From NCBI GenBank assembly GCA_963845145.1, contig CAWJQU010000002.1, positions 576,001 to 640,000 on the forward strand: a stretch of 64,000 nt of DNA, written 5' to 3'. The notes below the pieces were generated by a model, which did not search any database, was not told the DNA's origin, and was given only the letters and a program-made list of their open reading frames with translations. Source of the stretch: an uncultured delta proteobacterium (GTDB lineage Bacteria; Desulfobacterota; Desulfobacteria; Desulfobacterales; QNYZ01). This document shows positions 7,921 through 17,486 of the stretch, one piece after another. How positions within the stretch are numbered: position 1 is the first letter of the stretch; every line of letters starts with the position of its first letter. The translations under genes were made by a program, and so were the position numbers.

Positions 7921-9860
7921 TTCCCATCAAAGACCTGTATGATGTCACCGGTATTCTCGGTATGGTAACCTCCGAGCGCGCTCACACGCTGTTTAAACGC
8001 ATCGCCATTTATGATTTTCAATAAAAACTGGATATTTTCCCACGGATAAAACGCTTCGGCAATGATCAAATCGTATTGCTCTACGACGACGGGGATGAAA
8101 TCAAGATCAAGCGCTTTGGCAGCCGCATATATTCCCAGGCCGGTATCGGCAGCCCCACTCAACACTGCTACGGCAACCGCCATATGAGTAAACTCCTCAT
8201 TTCCATATCCGCGAATCGTTTCAGGGTCGATGCCCAACTGCTCCAAACGGTAATCGAGTAGGATACGTGTACCGGAGCCCCGCTGACGGTTGATAAATGC
8301 CACATCCTCCCGGGCCAAATCCTCCAGCCCCTGAATCTTTTTGGGATTGTTCTTGGGTAGGATCAACCCCTGGTCCCGATTGACCAGTGTGATTTGGTGA
8401 CAGGCAAATCCGGACAGATATCGTTTGATATACGATTTATTGTATGCGCCGGATTCCGTATCCAAAAGGTGAGCACCCGCCAGATGGCACCCCCCGTTTT
8501 TTAGGGCCATCAACCCGCCCATGCTCCCGACATGACTGGACGATAAAGAGATATGGGTAGAGTGGGCCCGAACCATGTCGGCCAAAACGTCCAAAGTATT
8601 GTCATGACTTCCTACCATAACGATCGTATTTTTCACACTTTCCAAAGGCCGTAATAGCTCTGCTGTTACCGACTCATCTCTTTGTATCCCCTCAACATGA
8701 TGCGGGATCCGCACAATCCCGTCAGCTTCGGTAATCGATGTTATGTTTCCGGAACCCCTGGATAATTGGGTGGCTACCAGACGATCTCCCACAGCACCGA
8801 TCTTGACGCGTACAAACTCTTCGGTACCTAGTTTGGAAGGGATCTTCCGTGTTGGAAAAACCGTGGCGCTGGGTCGAGCCACTTGGGGCAACCCCTGCCA
8901 ATGCCGTATGAGTGGGCCGACAAATTGCTCGTAGGCGATGATGGCGGACACCTGGTAGCCGGGGATACCGAAAACCGGTGTTTCCCCTATCTTGGCCATT
9001 AAAATCGGCTTTCCGGGCATGATGGTCACCCCATGGACCAACACTTCGCCTAAAGATTCGAACACCAATTTGGCCAAATCTTTGGCCCCTGCCGATGATC
9101 CGCCGATGGTCAAAACGATATCGTACCCATCATCCACCCCGTTCTGAACAGCCTTCCGTATTTGATCAGTGTCATCGGGTAATACCGGATGTTTGGTAAA
9201 TTCGCCGCCATAGGTGTTCACCAAGTTGCCCAAAACATAAGAATTACTTTCCAGAACCTGCCCTGGAGACAAGGCCTTAAAATCCTCACCCTGCCAGTCC
9301 ACCACTTCTCCCCCGGTGGGAATGATCAACACTCGCGGCGGCTTCTTGACGGAAACAGCGAAAACCCCCCCACTAATTAAGGCCCCGATACAATAGGGCG
9401 AAATTTGATGGTTCCCTGGAAACAGAAGCTCGGTTGCCACAATATCTTCACCCACTTTGCGGACATGCTGCCAGGGGAATGCGGGCGCGGCAATTTCAAG
9501 GTGATCCGGGTCAATTTCGTTTATCTGTTCGATCATAATGACCGCATCGGTATCAGACGGCATCACCTGACCGGTATTGATAAAAACCGCCTCTTGGCCC
9601 ACCGTCAGGGTCTTAGGTGCTGTTTCAGTCACGCCAAAGGTATCAGCGGCTTTGACGGCGATACCATCCATGGCGGCAGTATGATGGTTAGGGGACGATA
9701 GCCGGGCAACCACCGCTTCGGCCAAAATACGGCCAACGGCATCGGTCACCGGAATCGTCTCAGAAGCTTGAGAAGCAGCACCACCGAAGGTATCGAACAA
9801 TATCTGTCGCGCCTCGGGCAGTGATTTCATTTTTAGATAGATGTTGCGTTTGTGAGCCAT
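7917..9860 (-). CDS. moeA: Molybdopterin molybdotransferase MoeA fused to C-terminal periplasmic-binding-protein (PBP) domain
   Basis: 'AAMDGIAV', 'IMPGKP' and 'GIPGYQVSA' MoeA motifs, then PBP domain 'GSMGGLMAL', 'INRQRGSGTR', 'EFTHMAVA'. Confidence 0.92.
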   Translation of the reverse strand: MAHKRNIYLKMKSLPEARQILFDTFGGAASQASETIPVTDAVGRILAEAVVARLSSPNHHTAAMDGIAVKAADTFGVTETAPKTLTVGQEAVFINTGQVMPSDTDAVIMIEQINEIDPDHLEIAAPAFPWQHVRKVGEDIVATELLFPGNHQISPYCIGALISGGVFAVSVKKPPRVLIIPTGGEVVDWQGEDFKALSPGQVLESNSYVLGNLVNTYGGEFTKHPVLPDDTDQIRKAVQNGVDDGYDIVLTIGGSSAGAKDLAKLVFESLGEVLVHGVTIMPGKPILMAKIGETPVFGIPGYQVSAIIAYEQFVGPLIRHWQGLPQVARPSATVFPTRKIPSKLGTEEFVRVKIGAVGDRLVATQLSRGSGNITSITEADGIVRIPHHVEGIQRDESVTAELLRPLESVKNTIVMVGSHDNTLDVLADMVRAHSTHISLSSSHVGSMGGLMALKNGGCHLAGAHLLDTESGAYNKSYIKRYLSGFACHQITLVNRDQGLILPKNNPKKIQGLEDLAREDVAFINRQRGSGTRILLDYRLEQLGIDPETIRGYGNEEFTHMAVAVAVLSGAADTGLGIYAAAKALDLDFIPVVVEQYDLIIAEAFYPWENIQFLLKIINGDAFKQRVSALGGYHTENTGDIIQVFDGK

Positions 9861-9880
9861 ATATTTTTAAATCCTCCGGA

Positions 9881-10141
9881 TTTGGTTTGTCGGTTTGTCC
9901 GTGTCGTTTGCCCGTTTGTCGGTTTGCCGGTTTGCCGGTTTGCCGGTTGGCCGGTTGGCCGGTTGGCCCGTAAACGGGTTACTCAATAGCTTAACAGCTC
10001 ATTGGCTTATCAGCTTATCAGCTAATCAGCTAATCAACTTTTCTCTTTGAAATTCACATCCAACCGGACAGCCATATCGATATCGCCTGTCTGCATTATA
10101 ACAACCGGGGAACCGGTCAACCGGCTAACGGGCCAACCGAT
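9881..10141. repeat. Composite octamer locus: GCCGGTTK array (9881-9973), reverse AGCTGATA array (9984-10040), reverse GCCGGTT array (10102-10141)
   Basis: Both octamer types and both orientations occur in one intergenic region between the two moeA genes. Confidence 0.93.
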
Positions 10142-10143
10142 CT

Positions 10144-11373
10144 CTATATCGGAATTATCTCCACTTGGTCGCCTTTTTCCAGCCCTTCGACGTTCATACC
10201 GATGGCTACCAGTCCATCGGCTTGGACCATGGTATTGATCAGGCCGGATTTTCCCAGAACAGGATGCGCCCAGAGGCCATCTTCCTTCTTTTCAAGGCGA
10301 ACGCGCACAAAATCCATGCGCCCCTGGACCGATGAGACGTTTCGCGAAAGGCGCCCCACGAGGTTATAGGCTGTTCGCCGGGATTGAACTTTTCCCGCCA
10401 GCCGATCGACAAATGGCCGCACGATGGCGACATAGGCCACCATAGCTGAAGTCACCTGGCCGGGCAGCCCCCAGAAAGGTTTATGGCCGGTACGGGCAAG
10501 AATCGTGGGTTTGCCCGGGCTGATGGAGATCCCGTGGACAAGAACGTTGGTATCGGGTAAGGCCGCCAGCACCTGAACGGTTAAATCCCGGGTTCCCATG
10601 GAGCTGCCGCCGGAGATAAGGATCATATCGGATTGCGCGGAGGCACGACGGCAGGCATCCAGCATATTCTCAAAGTCATCCTGGATAATGCCGTAACAGA
10701 CAGGCACGGCACCGGAATTGGCCACCAGGCCGGCCAAAGTATAGGTATTGACGTCGCGTACCTTCCCCAGTGGCAAGGGATCGCCCACCGCCACGATTTC
10801 GTCACCGGTGGATAAAATCCCCACCACCGGTTTTTTATATACGGTTACCCTTTCACTCCCCAGCGCCGCCAGAAAGCCGGCCTCCTGGGCGCGAATCTCA
10901 ATTCCCTTGACCAGCGCCGGCTGCCCTTTGGCCACATCTTCGCCCATCTGAATCACGTGCTGCCCCGGTGCCACACCCCGGTAGGCCTCGATGGTTGTAT
11001 CATCAAGGGCTTGGGTATGCTCAATCATCACGACGGCATCGGCGCCCTTTGGAAGCATGGCTCCGGTTGAAATTTTGGCGACCTCGCCGGGTCCGATTGA
11101 AAAGTCTGGCGACTCACCCATGGCCACGGATCCCTTAATGGTCAAAAATGCGGGGTTCCCTTCCCCGGCTCCGAAACTGGAGGATGCCTTTAGTGCATAC
11201 CCGTCCATCGTGGCCCGGGTAAATTCGGGCAAATTCTCGGGTGAGAGAAGATCCTTAGCCAGCACACGTCCATGGGCCACTTCAAGGGTGATATCCTCAG
11301 TTCCCACGTGCGGAAAATCATCGCGCATGGCGATGACATCATTGGGAGCGGTTACTTTAAAAAAATCTTTCAT
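10144..11373 (-). CDS. moeA: Molybdopterin molybdotransferase MoeA (gephyrin-like)
   Basis: 'RATMDGYAL', 'ILSTGDEI', 'ISGGSSMG', 'ISPGKPT' and 'GLPGQVTSA'. Confidence 0.95.
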   Translation of the reverse strand: MKDFFKVTAPNDVIAMRDDFPHVGTEDITLEVAHGRVLAKDLLSPENLPEFTRATMDGYALKASSSFGAGEGNPAFLTIKGSVAMGESPDFSIGPGEVAKISTGAMLPKGADAVVMIEHTQALDDTTIEAYRGVAPGQHVIQMGEDVAKGQPALVKGIEIRAQEAGFLAALGSERVTVYKKPVVGILSTGDEIVAVGDPLPLGKVRDVNTYTLAGLVANSGAVPVCYGIIQDDFENMLDACRRASAQSDMILISGGSSMGTRDLTVQVLAALPDTNVLVHGISISPGKPTILARTGHKPFWGLPGQVTSAMVAYVAIVRPFVDRLAGKVQSRRTAYNLVGRLSRNVSSVQGRMDFVRVRLEKKEDGLWAHPVLGKSGLINTMVQADGLVAIGMNVEGLEKGDQVEIIPI

Positions 11374-11384
11374 AGTGTATCCAT

Positions 11385-11472
11385 TTCGGTTGGTCGGTTG
11401 GTCGGTTTGCCGGTTGGTCGGTTGGTCGGTTGGTCGGTTTGCCGGTTGGCCCGTTAGCCGGTTGGCCGGTTA
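11385..11472. repeat. Tandem octamer array GTCGGTTG/GCCGGTTG, 11 units, just upstream of moeA start
   Basis: 11443-11471 is the reverse complement of 10111-10139 at 28/29. Confidence 0.95.
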
Positions 11473-11523
11473 TAATCTTGACCGAATCATTGTAATAGTG
11501 TTTAGCATTAGACACCTGAGGAC

Positions 11524-12507
11524 TTACCCCTTTCGAACGGCCGATAATTCTTCCCAGTTCAAACAATTGGGAGGACGCCGCCCGGCTAACCCGGCCAGGA
11601 GGTTGTCCATAGCGAGCTCGGCCATTCGGGTTCGGGTTTCAACGGTGGCGCTGCCGATGTGAGGCAGGAGGATAGCATTTTCCAAATCGGTCAAGCCAGG
11701 GCTCAATTCCGGCTCATTTTCATATACATCCAATCCTGCGGCTGCGATGTCGCCGTTTTTTAGCCCCAGGACAAGCGCTTTTTCATCAACCACAGGCCCT
11801 CGTGAGGTATTGATTAAAATAGCCGAGGGTTTCATCAACTTAAGTGCGACCGCATTTATCAAATGATGGGTATCCGCCGTCAGCGGGACATGCAGGGAGA
11901 CAATATCGGCCTCTTTCAATAATGCCGCCAAAGATCGATACGATACGCCCAAGCGATCCTCTTCGGCCGTCGTCAGCCTTTGCCGGTTAAAATAGATGAT
12001 CGGCATATCAAAACCAACGGCCCGCCGGGCCACAGCCTTTCCAATTCGGCCCAATCCGATCAAGCCCAGGGTTTTCCCGCTGATTTCGCGCCCCAAAAAA
12101 TGCATCGGTGCCCAAAATTTAAATTCGCCCCGGCGAACCTTTGCATCTCCGGCAACGATTCGCCGACCCGTTCCGAGGATTAACGCCATGGCCAGATCAG
12201 CGGTGGCATTGGTGAGAACACCGGGTGTGTTGGACACCGGGATCCCCCGGTTCGTAGCGCTTGCCAGGTCAATGTTATCATAGCCAACCCCGTAATTGGC
12301 AATCATTTTAAGACCTTCGGCGTGATCAAGCAAAACGGTATCCACCCTGTCGGTAATGGTGCACAGCAACCCGTCTTGACCACGGACGTTTTTAAGGATT
12401 TCCTCCCTTAGCATCGGGGCTTTTTTGTTATTTGCGGTTACCTGGTGGACCTTTTGGATCTTTTCAAGGACCGCTGCGGGTAATTTACCGGTTACGAGTA
12501 CCTTCAA
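11524..12507 (-). CDS. D-2-hydroxyacid dehydrogenase (glyoxylate reductase / D-glycerate dehydrogenase family)
   Basis: 'GVGYDNID', 'GLIGLGRIG', 'INTSRGPVVDE', 'GLDVYENEP' and 'LPHIGSAT'. Confidence 0.93.
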   Translation of the reverse strand: MKVLVTGKLPAAVLEKIQKVHQVTANNKKAPMLREEILKNVRGQDGLLCTITDRVDTVLLDHAEGLKMIANYGVGYDNIDLASATNRGIPVSNTPGVLTNATADLAMALILGTGRRIVAGDAKVRRGEFKFWAPMHFLGREISGKTLGLIGLGRIGKAVARRAVGFDMPIIYFNRQRLTTAEEDRLGVSYRSLAALLKEADIVSLHVPLTADTHHLINAVALKLMKPSAILINTSRGPVVDEKALVLGLKNGDIAAAGLDVYENEPELSPGLTDLENAILLPHIGSATVETRTRMAELAMDNLLAGLAGRRPPNCLNWEELSAVRKG

Positions 12508-12738
12508 GCCTAAACATTCCCTTCGAATACGTGCGGGCTAAAGCGCCAGGGGGGTAACTTCGTCAGCAAAAAATTAACATAACATGCGCTCGTGGACAGG
12601 TAAAGCATCCCAGAATCGCGTGGAATAGGGTTACACCTTGAAAGACACCTAAAAAGTAGGTATGATTCAAGATAATTGATATGAACCCGGAGGGAACCGT
12701 TCGAGCAGGTAATATTAAAATAAAACAAATCATTTATA

Positions 12739-14295
12739 ATGACTTCATCAACCTTATCTCCAATCGCATACGATGGTCAGCAGGCACCTGAATTTTTAAC
12801 CGAAACGCGGTTCGATTCCTTTGAATTACCCGCCGAAGTGCAAAAATCATTGAAGGATGCCAAATTTACGTTTTGCTCACCGATTCAAGCCAGGGTGCTT
12901 CCTGTTACGCTATCCGGAAAGGACGTCGCCGGCCAGGCTCAAACCGGAACGGGTAAAACCGCTGCTTTTTTAGTAACCCTCTTTGCCCGGTTGATGTCGG
13001 TGCCAAGAAAGAAACCGAAGAATCCCCTCGCCCTCGTCGTTGCACCCACCCGTGAGCTGGCGGCTCAAATCCATGAAGAAACCCGTTCCATCGGGCGCCA
13101 TACCGATTTTAAGACCATCGAAATTGTTGGCGGTGTCGATTATCAAAAGCAAGCCGATGCGCTGCGAAAGGGCTGTGACATCGTGATTTGCACACCGGGA
13201 CGGATCATCGATTATTATAAACAGAAAATTTTTAATCCCCAAGACATCAAGGTTCTGGTCATCGATGAGGCGGATCGGCTGCTTGATCTGGGCTTTGCCA
13301 AAGATATGCGTTTTATTTTGAGCAAACTACCGTCCTATGAAAAGCGCCAATCCATGCTGTTTTCGGCCACGCTCTCCTATCGTGTCATGGAGCTGACTTA
13401 CGAATACATGAATATGCCCGACTTCATTGCGGTTGCGCCGGAAGTCGTTACCGTGCGTGGCATCGATCAGGAACTAATTCATGTGGGGGCTCATGAAAAA
13501 CTGGAATTACTGCTTGGCTTATTAAAACGGGAAAAATGGGAACGACTCCTGATCTTTGTCAATACCAAGTCCGGGGTTGAATGGGTCAGCCAGAAACTCA
13601 AGGGAAACGGCTTCCCGGCGGAAGGCATTACGGGGGACATCCCCCAGCGGAAACGTTTTCGCCTGATGGACCAGTTTAAAAGCGGACGGCTAAAAATTCT
13701 AGTGGCCACGGATGTGGCTTCGCGAGGGTTGCATGTCGACAATATCAGCCATGTCGTTAATTATGATCTACCCCAGGATGCCGAAAATTACGTCCACCGC
13801 ATCGGTCGAACCGCCCGGGCCGGCAAAACGGGAAAAGCCATATCCCTCGCCTGTGAAAAATATGTGTACCACTTAGACCCCATGGAAGAGATGCTTGGAT
13901 ACAAAATTGAGGTTAGATGGCCAGAGGAAGATTGGTTTGAGAAAGACCGCTGCGGGCCGGTGACCACTTCCCGCGACCTTCTTAAAAAGCGGACGGGCCG
14001 GCGACGCGCCCGAAGTCAGAAAACCAAACCAGTTGCATCCCCCCGGCGGTCCCCCCTGCGGTCCCCTCTGCGGCATCGGTCGTCATTTTCCGTTCCTAAG
14101 GGAGATTTTCCAGGTAGTTTTTTTGGTTTCCGACCACCGGTGGGCGGAAAAGCTCAAAATCAGCAGACCAGCGAAAAGCAAAATAAAAGACGGCCCCGGC
14201 GGCGGCAAAGTAAAACATCTTCAACCAAAGCAGCCCGACCGGAAAGAAAAAAAACCGAATCCGGTTCGAAAGGGGATGGACCGACGAAACATTAA
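12739..14295 (+). CDS. DEAD-box RNA helicase (RhlB-like) with basic C-terminal tail
   Basis: 'AQTGTGKT', 'PTRELA', 'DEAD', 'SAT' and 'HRIGRTARAG'; Arg/Lys-rich tail. Confidence 0.95.
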   Translation: MTSSTLSPIAYDGQQAPEFLTETRFDSFELPAEVQKSLKDAKFTFCSPIQARVLPVTLSGKDVAGQAQTGTGKTAAFLVTLFARLMSVPRKKPKNPLALVVAPTRELAAQIHEETRSIGRHTDFKTIEIVGGVDYQKQADALRKGCDIVICTPGRIIDYYKQKIFNPQDIKVLVIDEADRLLDLGFAKDMRFILSKLPSYEKRQSMLFSATLSYRVMELTYEYMNMPDFIAVAPEVVTVRGIDQELIHVGAHEKLELLLGLLKREKWERLLIFVNTKSGVEWVSQKLKGNGFPAEGITGDIPQRKRFRLMDQFKSGRLKILVATDVASRGLHVDNISHVVNYDLPQDAENYVHRIGRTARAGKTGKAISLACEKYVYHLDPMEEMLGYKIEVRWPEEDWFEKDRCGPVTTSRDLLKKRTGRRRARSQKTKPVASPRRSPLRSPLRHRSSFSVPKGDFPGSFFGFRPPVGGKAQNQQTSEKQNKRRPRRRQSKTSSTKAARPERKKTESGSKGDGPTKH

Positions 14296-14320
14296 AAATC
14301 GACGGATAAGCTGAATCGAT

Positions 14321-15067
14321 ATGGGATATGTGTTCGATTTTAAGGATGTAAAGAATTACCATCGCTGGATTCAAGATTCCCGGACGCAACTCATTTTAGA
14401 TCTGGAATCCAGGCTGATGCTACGAATGCTTCACCCGAATCCAGGCGAAGCAGTGTTGGATATCGGGTGCGGTACAGGTTGGAACCTGAAACAGTTGATT
14501 GAAAAGGGTGTTAAACCGACCGGTCTTGACGCCTCCGTTTACATGCTTGATGTGGCCGAGCGCGAAATCGGTCACCGGGCAGATTTGCACCACGGCTATG
14601 CCGAAGAACTCCCCTTTGATGACAATACATTCAACCATGCCATTTTCATGACCTCCTTGGAATTTGTTGAGAACCCGCAGCGCGCCATTGAGGAGGCCTG
14701 CCGTGTGGCCAAGGACAAGGTGTTTATCGGAACCTTGAACCGGTATGCCATCAAAAGCGTTTACCGCCGCCTGGAAGGTGTTTTTCGCAACACCATTTAT
14801 AATCGCGCCAAGTTTTTCGGTATTTGGGAATTGCGGGATATGGTTCGTGGGATTATGGGTCCCGCACCGGTCAAATGGCGCACCACTTGCCAGCTGCCGT
14901 TGGTTTCAAAGGGCTGGTCCTTGCGGCTGGAACGCGCCTCGCTGGTACAACATTGCCCGTTTGGGGCCTTTGTAGGGATGGCCGTCACACTGGTCCCACG
15001 TTTTAGAACCCGCCCCCTTTCTCTTAAGCTTCGATCCAAAGGCACACCCAAAACCGTGGCGGGATAG
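14321..15067 (+). CDS. Class I SAM-dependent methyltransferase
   Basis: 'VLDIGCGTG', 'GLDAS' and 'AEELPFDDNTF'. Confidence 0.88.
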   Translation: MGYVFDFKDVKNYHRWIQDSRTQLILDLESRLMLRMLHPNPGEAVLDIGCGTGWNLKQLIEKGVKPTGLDASVYMLDVAEREIGHRADLHHGYAEELPFDDNTFNHAIFMTSLEFVENPQRAIEEACRVAKDKVFIGTLNRYAIKSVYRRLEGVFRNTIYNRAKFFGIWELRDMVRGIMGPAPVKWRTTCQLPLVSKGWSLRLERASLVQHCPFGAFVGMAVTLVPRFRTRPLSLKLRSKGTPKTVAG

Positions 15068-15068
15068 A

Positions 15069-15092
15069 AGCTCTTAAGCCGGTGAGCTGATA
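15069..15092. repeat. Short octamer array remnant (3 units) right after methyltransferase stop
   Basis: agctctta agccggtg agctgata. Confidence 0.6.
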
Positions 15093-15190
15093 AACATTTA
15101 GCGCTACTAGATAATTGCTTTATTTTAACCGTCAAAGCCACACATCAACAAAGCGCCTAAACCATTCAAAAACCAATCAGGAATAGCTTA

Positions 15191-16204
15191 ATGGAAGCCT
15201 ATCTGTATGATTCCTTAGAAAACGGTAAGGTCAAATGCAATCTCTGCCATCACCGTTGCTTGATCAACAAAGGAAAGCGGGGGATTTGCGGTGTTCGCGA
15301 AAACCGTGCGGGCATTCTTCATACACTTGTGTACGACAAACTGGTTGCCCGGCATATCGATCCCATCGAGAAAAAACCACTGTTTCATTTTCTACCCGGC
15401 AGCCGATGTTATTCCGTGGCAGCCGTCGGCTGTAACTTTAAGTGCCGATTTTGCCAGAACGCTGATATCGCTCAAATGCCGACCGATCGAAATGGGATGA
15501 TCGTGGGAGAACCCACAACACCGGAAAAAGAGGTGGAAGCCGCCCTTAACGCCGGCTGCAAAAGCATTGCCTTTACCTATACTGAACCCACCGTTTTTTT
15601 CGAATTTGCCCACAATACGGCCAAACTCGCCCACACCAGGGGGATAAAAAATGTCTTCGTCACCAATGGCTACATGACCCCCGAAGCCTTGAAGATGATC
15701 AGCCCCTGGCTCGATGCAGCCAATGTGGATCTTAAAGCCTTTACTGACGACTTCTACAAAAAAATGTGCGGCGCCCGATTACACCCGGTGTTGGAAACCT
15801 TAAAGGAGATGAAAACCAGGGGGATATTTTTAGAGCTGACCACTTTATTGATCCCCGGTTTAAACGATACTCCGGATGGGCTCAAACAATTGGCCACCTT
15901 TATTGCCGCTGATCTCGGGGTTGAAACCCCCTGGCATATCAGCCGGTTTCACCCTACCTATCGCCTCACCGACCGACCCGTCACACCGCTTGAAAGTCTT
16001 TTACGCGCCCACAAAATTGGGAAAGAAGCCGGTTTGCGGTATGTTTATACGGGTAACGTTCCCGGCCAGGAAGGTGAAAAAACAGCCTGCCACCATTGCA
16101 ACCGGATAGTGATCGACCGGGTGGGATTTTCCATACGAAAGTATGCCATTGATGATGGGTGTTGCCGACATTGCGGCACACGCATTGATGGCGTGGGGAT
16201 GTGA
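15191..16204 (+). CDS. amrS: AmmeMemoRadiSam system radical SAM enzyme
   Basis: N-terminal 'CNLCHHRC...GICGVREN', 'IDPIEKKPLFHF', radical SAM 'CNFKCRFCQN', 'FTYTEP' and C-terminal CxxC pairs. Confidence 0.92.
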   Translation: MEAYLYDSLENGKVKCNLCHHRCLINKGKRGICGVRENRAGILHTLVYDKLVARHIDPIEKKPLFHFLPGSRCYSVAAVGCNFKCRFCQNADIAQMPTDRNGMIVGEPTTPEKEVEAALNAGCKSIAFTYTEPTVFFEFAHNTAKLAHTRGIKNVFVTNGYMTPEALKMISPWLDAANVDLKAFTDDFYKKMCGARLHPVLETLKEMKTRGIFLELTTLLIPGLNDTPDGLKQLATFIAADLGVETPWHISRFHPTYRLTDRPVTPLESLLRAHKIGKEAGLRYVYTGNVPGQEGEKTACHHCNRIVIDRVGFSIRKYAIDDGCCRHCGTRIDGVGM

Positions 16205-16205
16205 T

Positions 16206-16243
16206 TTCTGTTGGCCGGTCTGCCCGTTGACCGGTCATCGGTT
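16206..16243. repeat. Degenerate octamer array (about 5 units) right after amrS stop
   Basis: ttctgttg gccggtct gcccgttg accggtca tcggtt. Confidence 0.65.
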
Positions 16244-16267
16244 TTACGGATTAACCCTAGGATCTCT

Positions 16268-17269
16268 CTACTGTTCTGAAAAATATTTCACTGCCCCCGG
16301 ATGTCGTTTCACTCCGGTTATTTCCTCTTTGGCAGCACTTGTCGAAAAAAGTGATAACGCCGAGTGGGCACTTGCCAGGCGTTTTTGATTGTTGCCGATC
16401 GCATCCATGATTTTATATACCGTTTCGTCATCGAGATCTTCGGATACAACCAGCATGGCTCGCGTTCCAAATGTTATCACTTCTTCCAATTGGGTGGGAT
16501 AGGTATTGGCTTTAATTCCAATTTTCCAGAAAGCGGGATGATGGCCGACCAATTTCTGAATGTCCGCATCATCCATATTGACCAGTTTCGCTTGGCAGAG
16601 CTTAAACAACTGCTGCAAAGATGAATCCGGGTGAACACCTATGTGCACCATCGCTTGCATGGTTCCGTGACAAAATGCCATCGTGTCCTGGGATTGGGAA
16701 GGGGGCAGTTCTCCCACGAGGCTGAAATTTTTTTTCGTCCAACTTTTGGCTTCCATGATGGTATTTACGGCCAGAGACTGAATCCCCTGGTGAACGCCCG
16801 CGTTAATGCGCTTTCCCTTCAGGTCTTCCAAAGAGGCAATGCCCGCATCATCACGGACAACTAGCGAAATAGGCGTATCATACAGGGGGGCAATCGCCCG
16901 GAGGTTCTCATAACTGATATCGAGATATTGAAAATGACCGGTTTTGTTAACGGCATCGATTAACAAACGTGAATCGACAATCCCGATATCCAGAGATCCG
17001 CCCCGAAGATTGGTAAGATTATCTACGTCATCCGGTGTTGGTGCAACTTGACAATTGAGGTCATCCATCTGGCTGTTGATCGTTCGGCAGAGCATCCGGC
17101 CTGAAAAATGAGAAAAAGTTCCGGGGGCACCTGTGCCTAATTGAATGTCAAAGGCATGGGCGGAAAAAGGAAACAGATATACACCGACAAATAGCAATGT
17201 GATTAGGATCAAGTTCCGCCTTTTAAGCAGGGCTGCGCGAGAAAATCTTGCGGCTTTTTTGGTTATCAT
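16268..17269 (-). CDS. TAXI-family TRAP transporter solute-binding protein (divergent second copy)
   Basis: Signal peptide, 'IQLGTGAPG', 'DLKGKRINAG' and 'HPGAVKYF'; paralogous to 20922-21899. GGAGGAG RBS before ATG 17269. Confidence 0.88.
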   Translation of the reverse strand: MITKKAARFSRAALLKRRNLILITLLFVGVYLFPFSAHAFDIQLGTGAPGTFSHFSGRMLCRTINSQMDDLNCQVAPTPDDVDNLTNLRGGSLDIGIVDSRLLIDAVNKTGHFQYLDISYENLRAIAPLYDTPISLVVRDDAGIASLEDLKGKRINAGVHQGIQSLAVNTIMEAKSWTKKNFSLVGELPPSQSQDTMAFCHGTMQAMVHIGVHPDSSLQQLFKLCQAKLVNMDDADIQKLVGHHPAFWKIGIKANTYPTQLEEVITFGTRAMLVVSEDLDDETVYKIMDAIGNNQKRLASAHSALSLFSTSAAKEEITGVKRHPGAVKYFSEQ

Positions 17270-17486
17270 GCTCTCCTCCTCAAGATATGCTATGGCTATA
17301 CTACCGGAATAATTCGGTATAGAACAATTCAATTCTAATAAGGTCGACCCCCATATAGTTCGGCCCCCATATAATTCAATCGGGCTATCATCAATCCGAT
17401 TTTAAGCCCCTCAGGTACAGCCGGGCCAGATCACCTAAAGCGAGTGCACGATCCACATGGGAAATCAATCACTATTAAACTGGAAT

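Noticed and set aside
2865..11472. Octamer arrays as CRISPR arrays
   Set aside because: The period is 8 nt with no unique spacers, and there are no cas genes.
14038..14073. 12-bp tandem repeat in the helicase 3' end
   Set aside because: It is in-frame (SPRR-SPLR-SPLR) within a disordered basic tail, which is ordinary for DEAD-box proteins.
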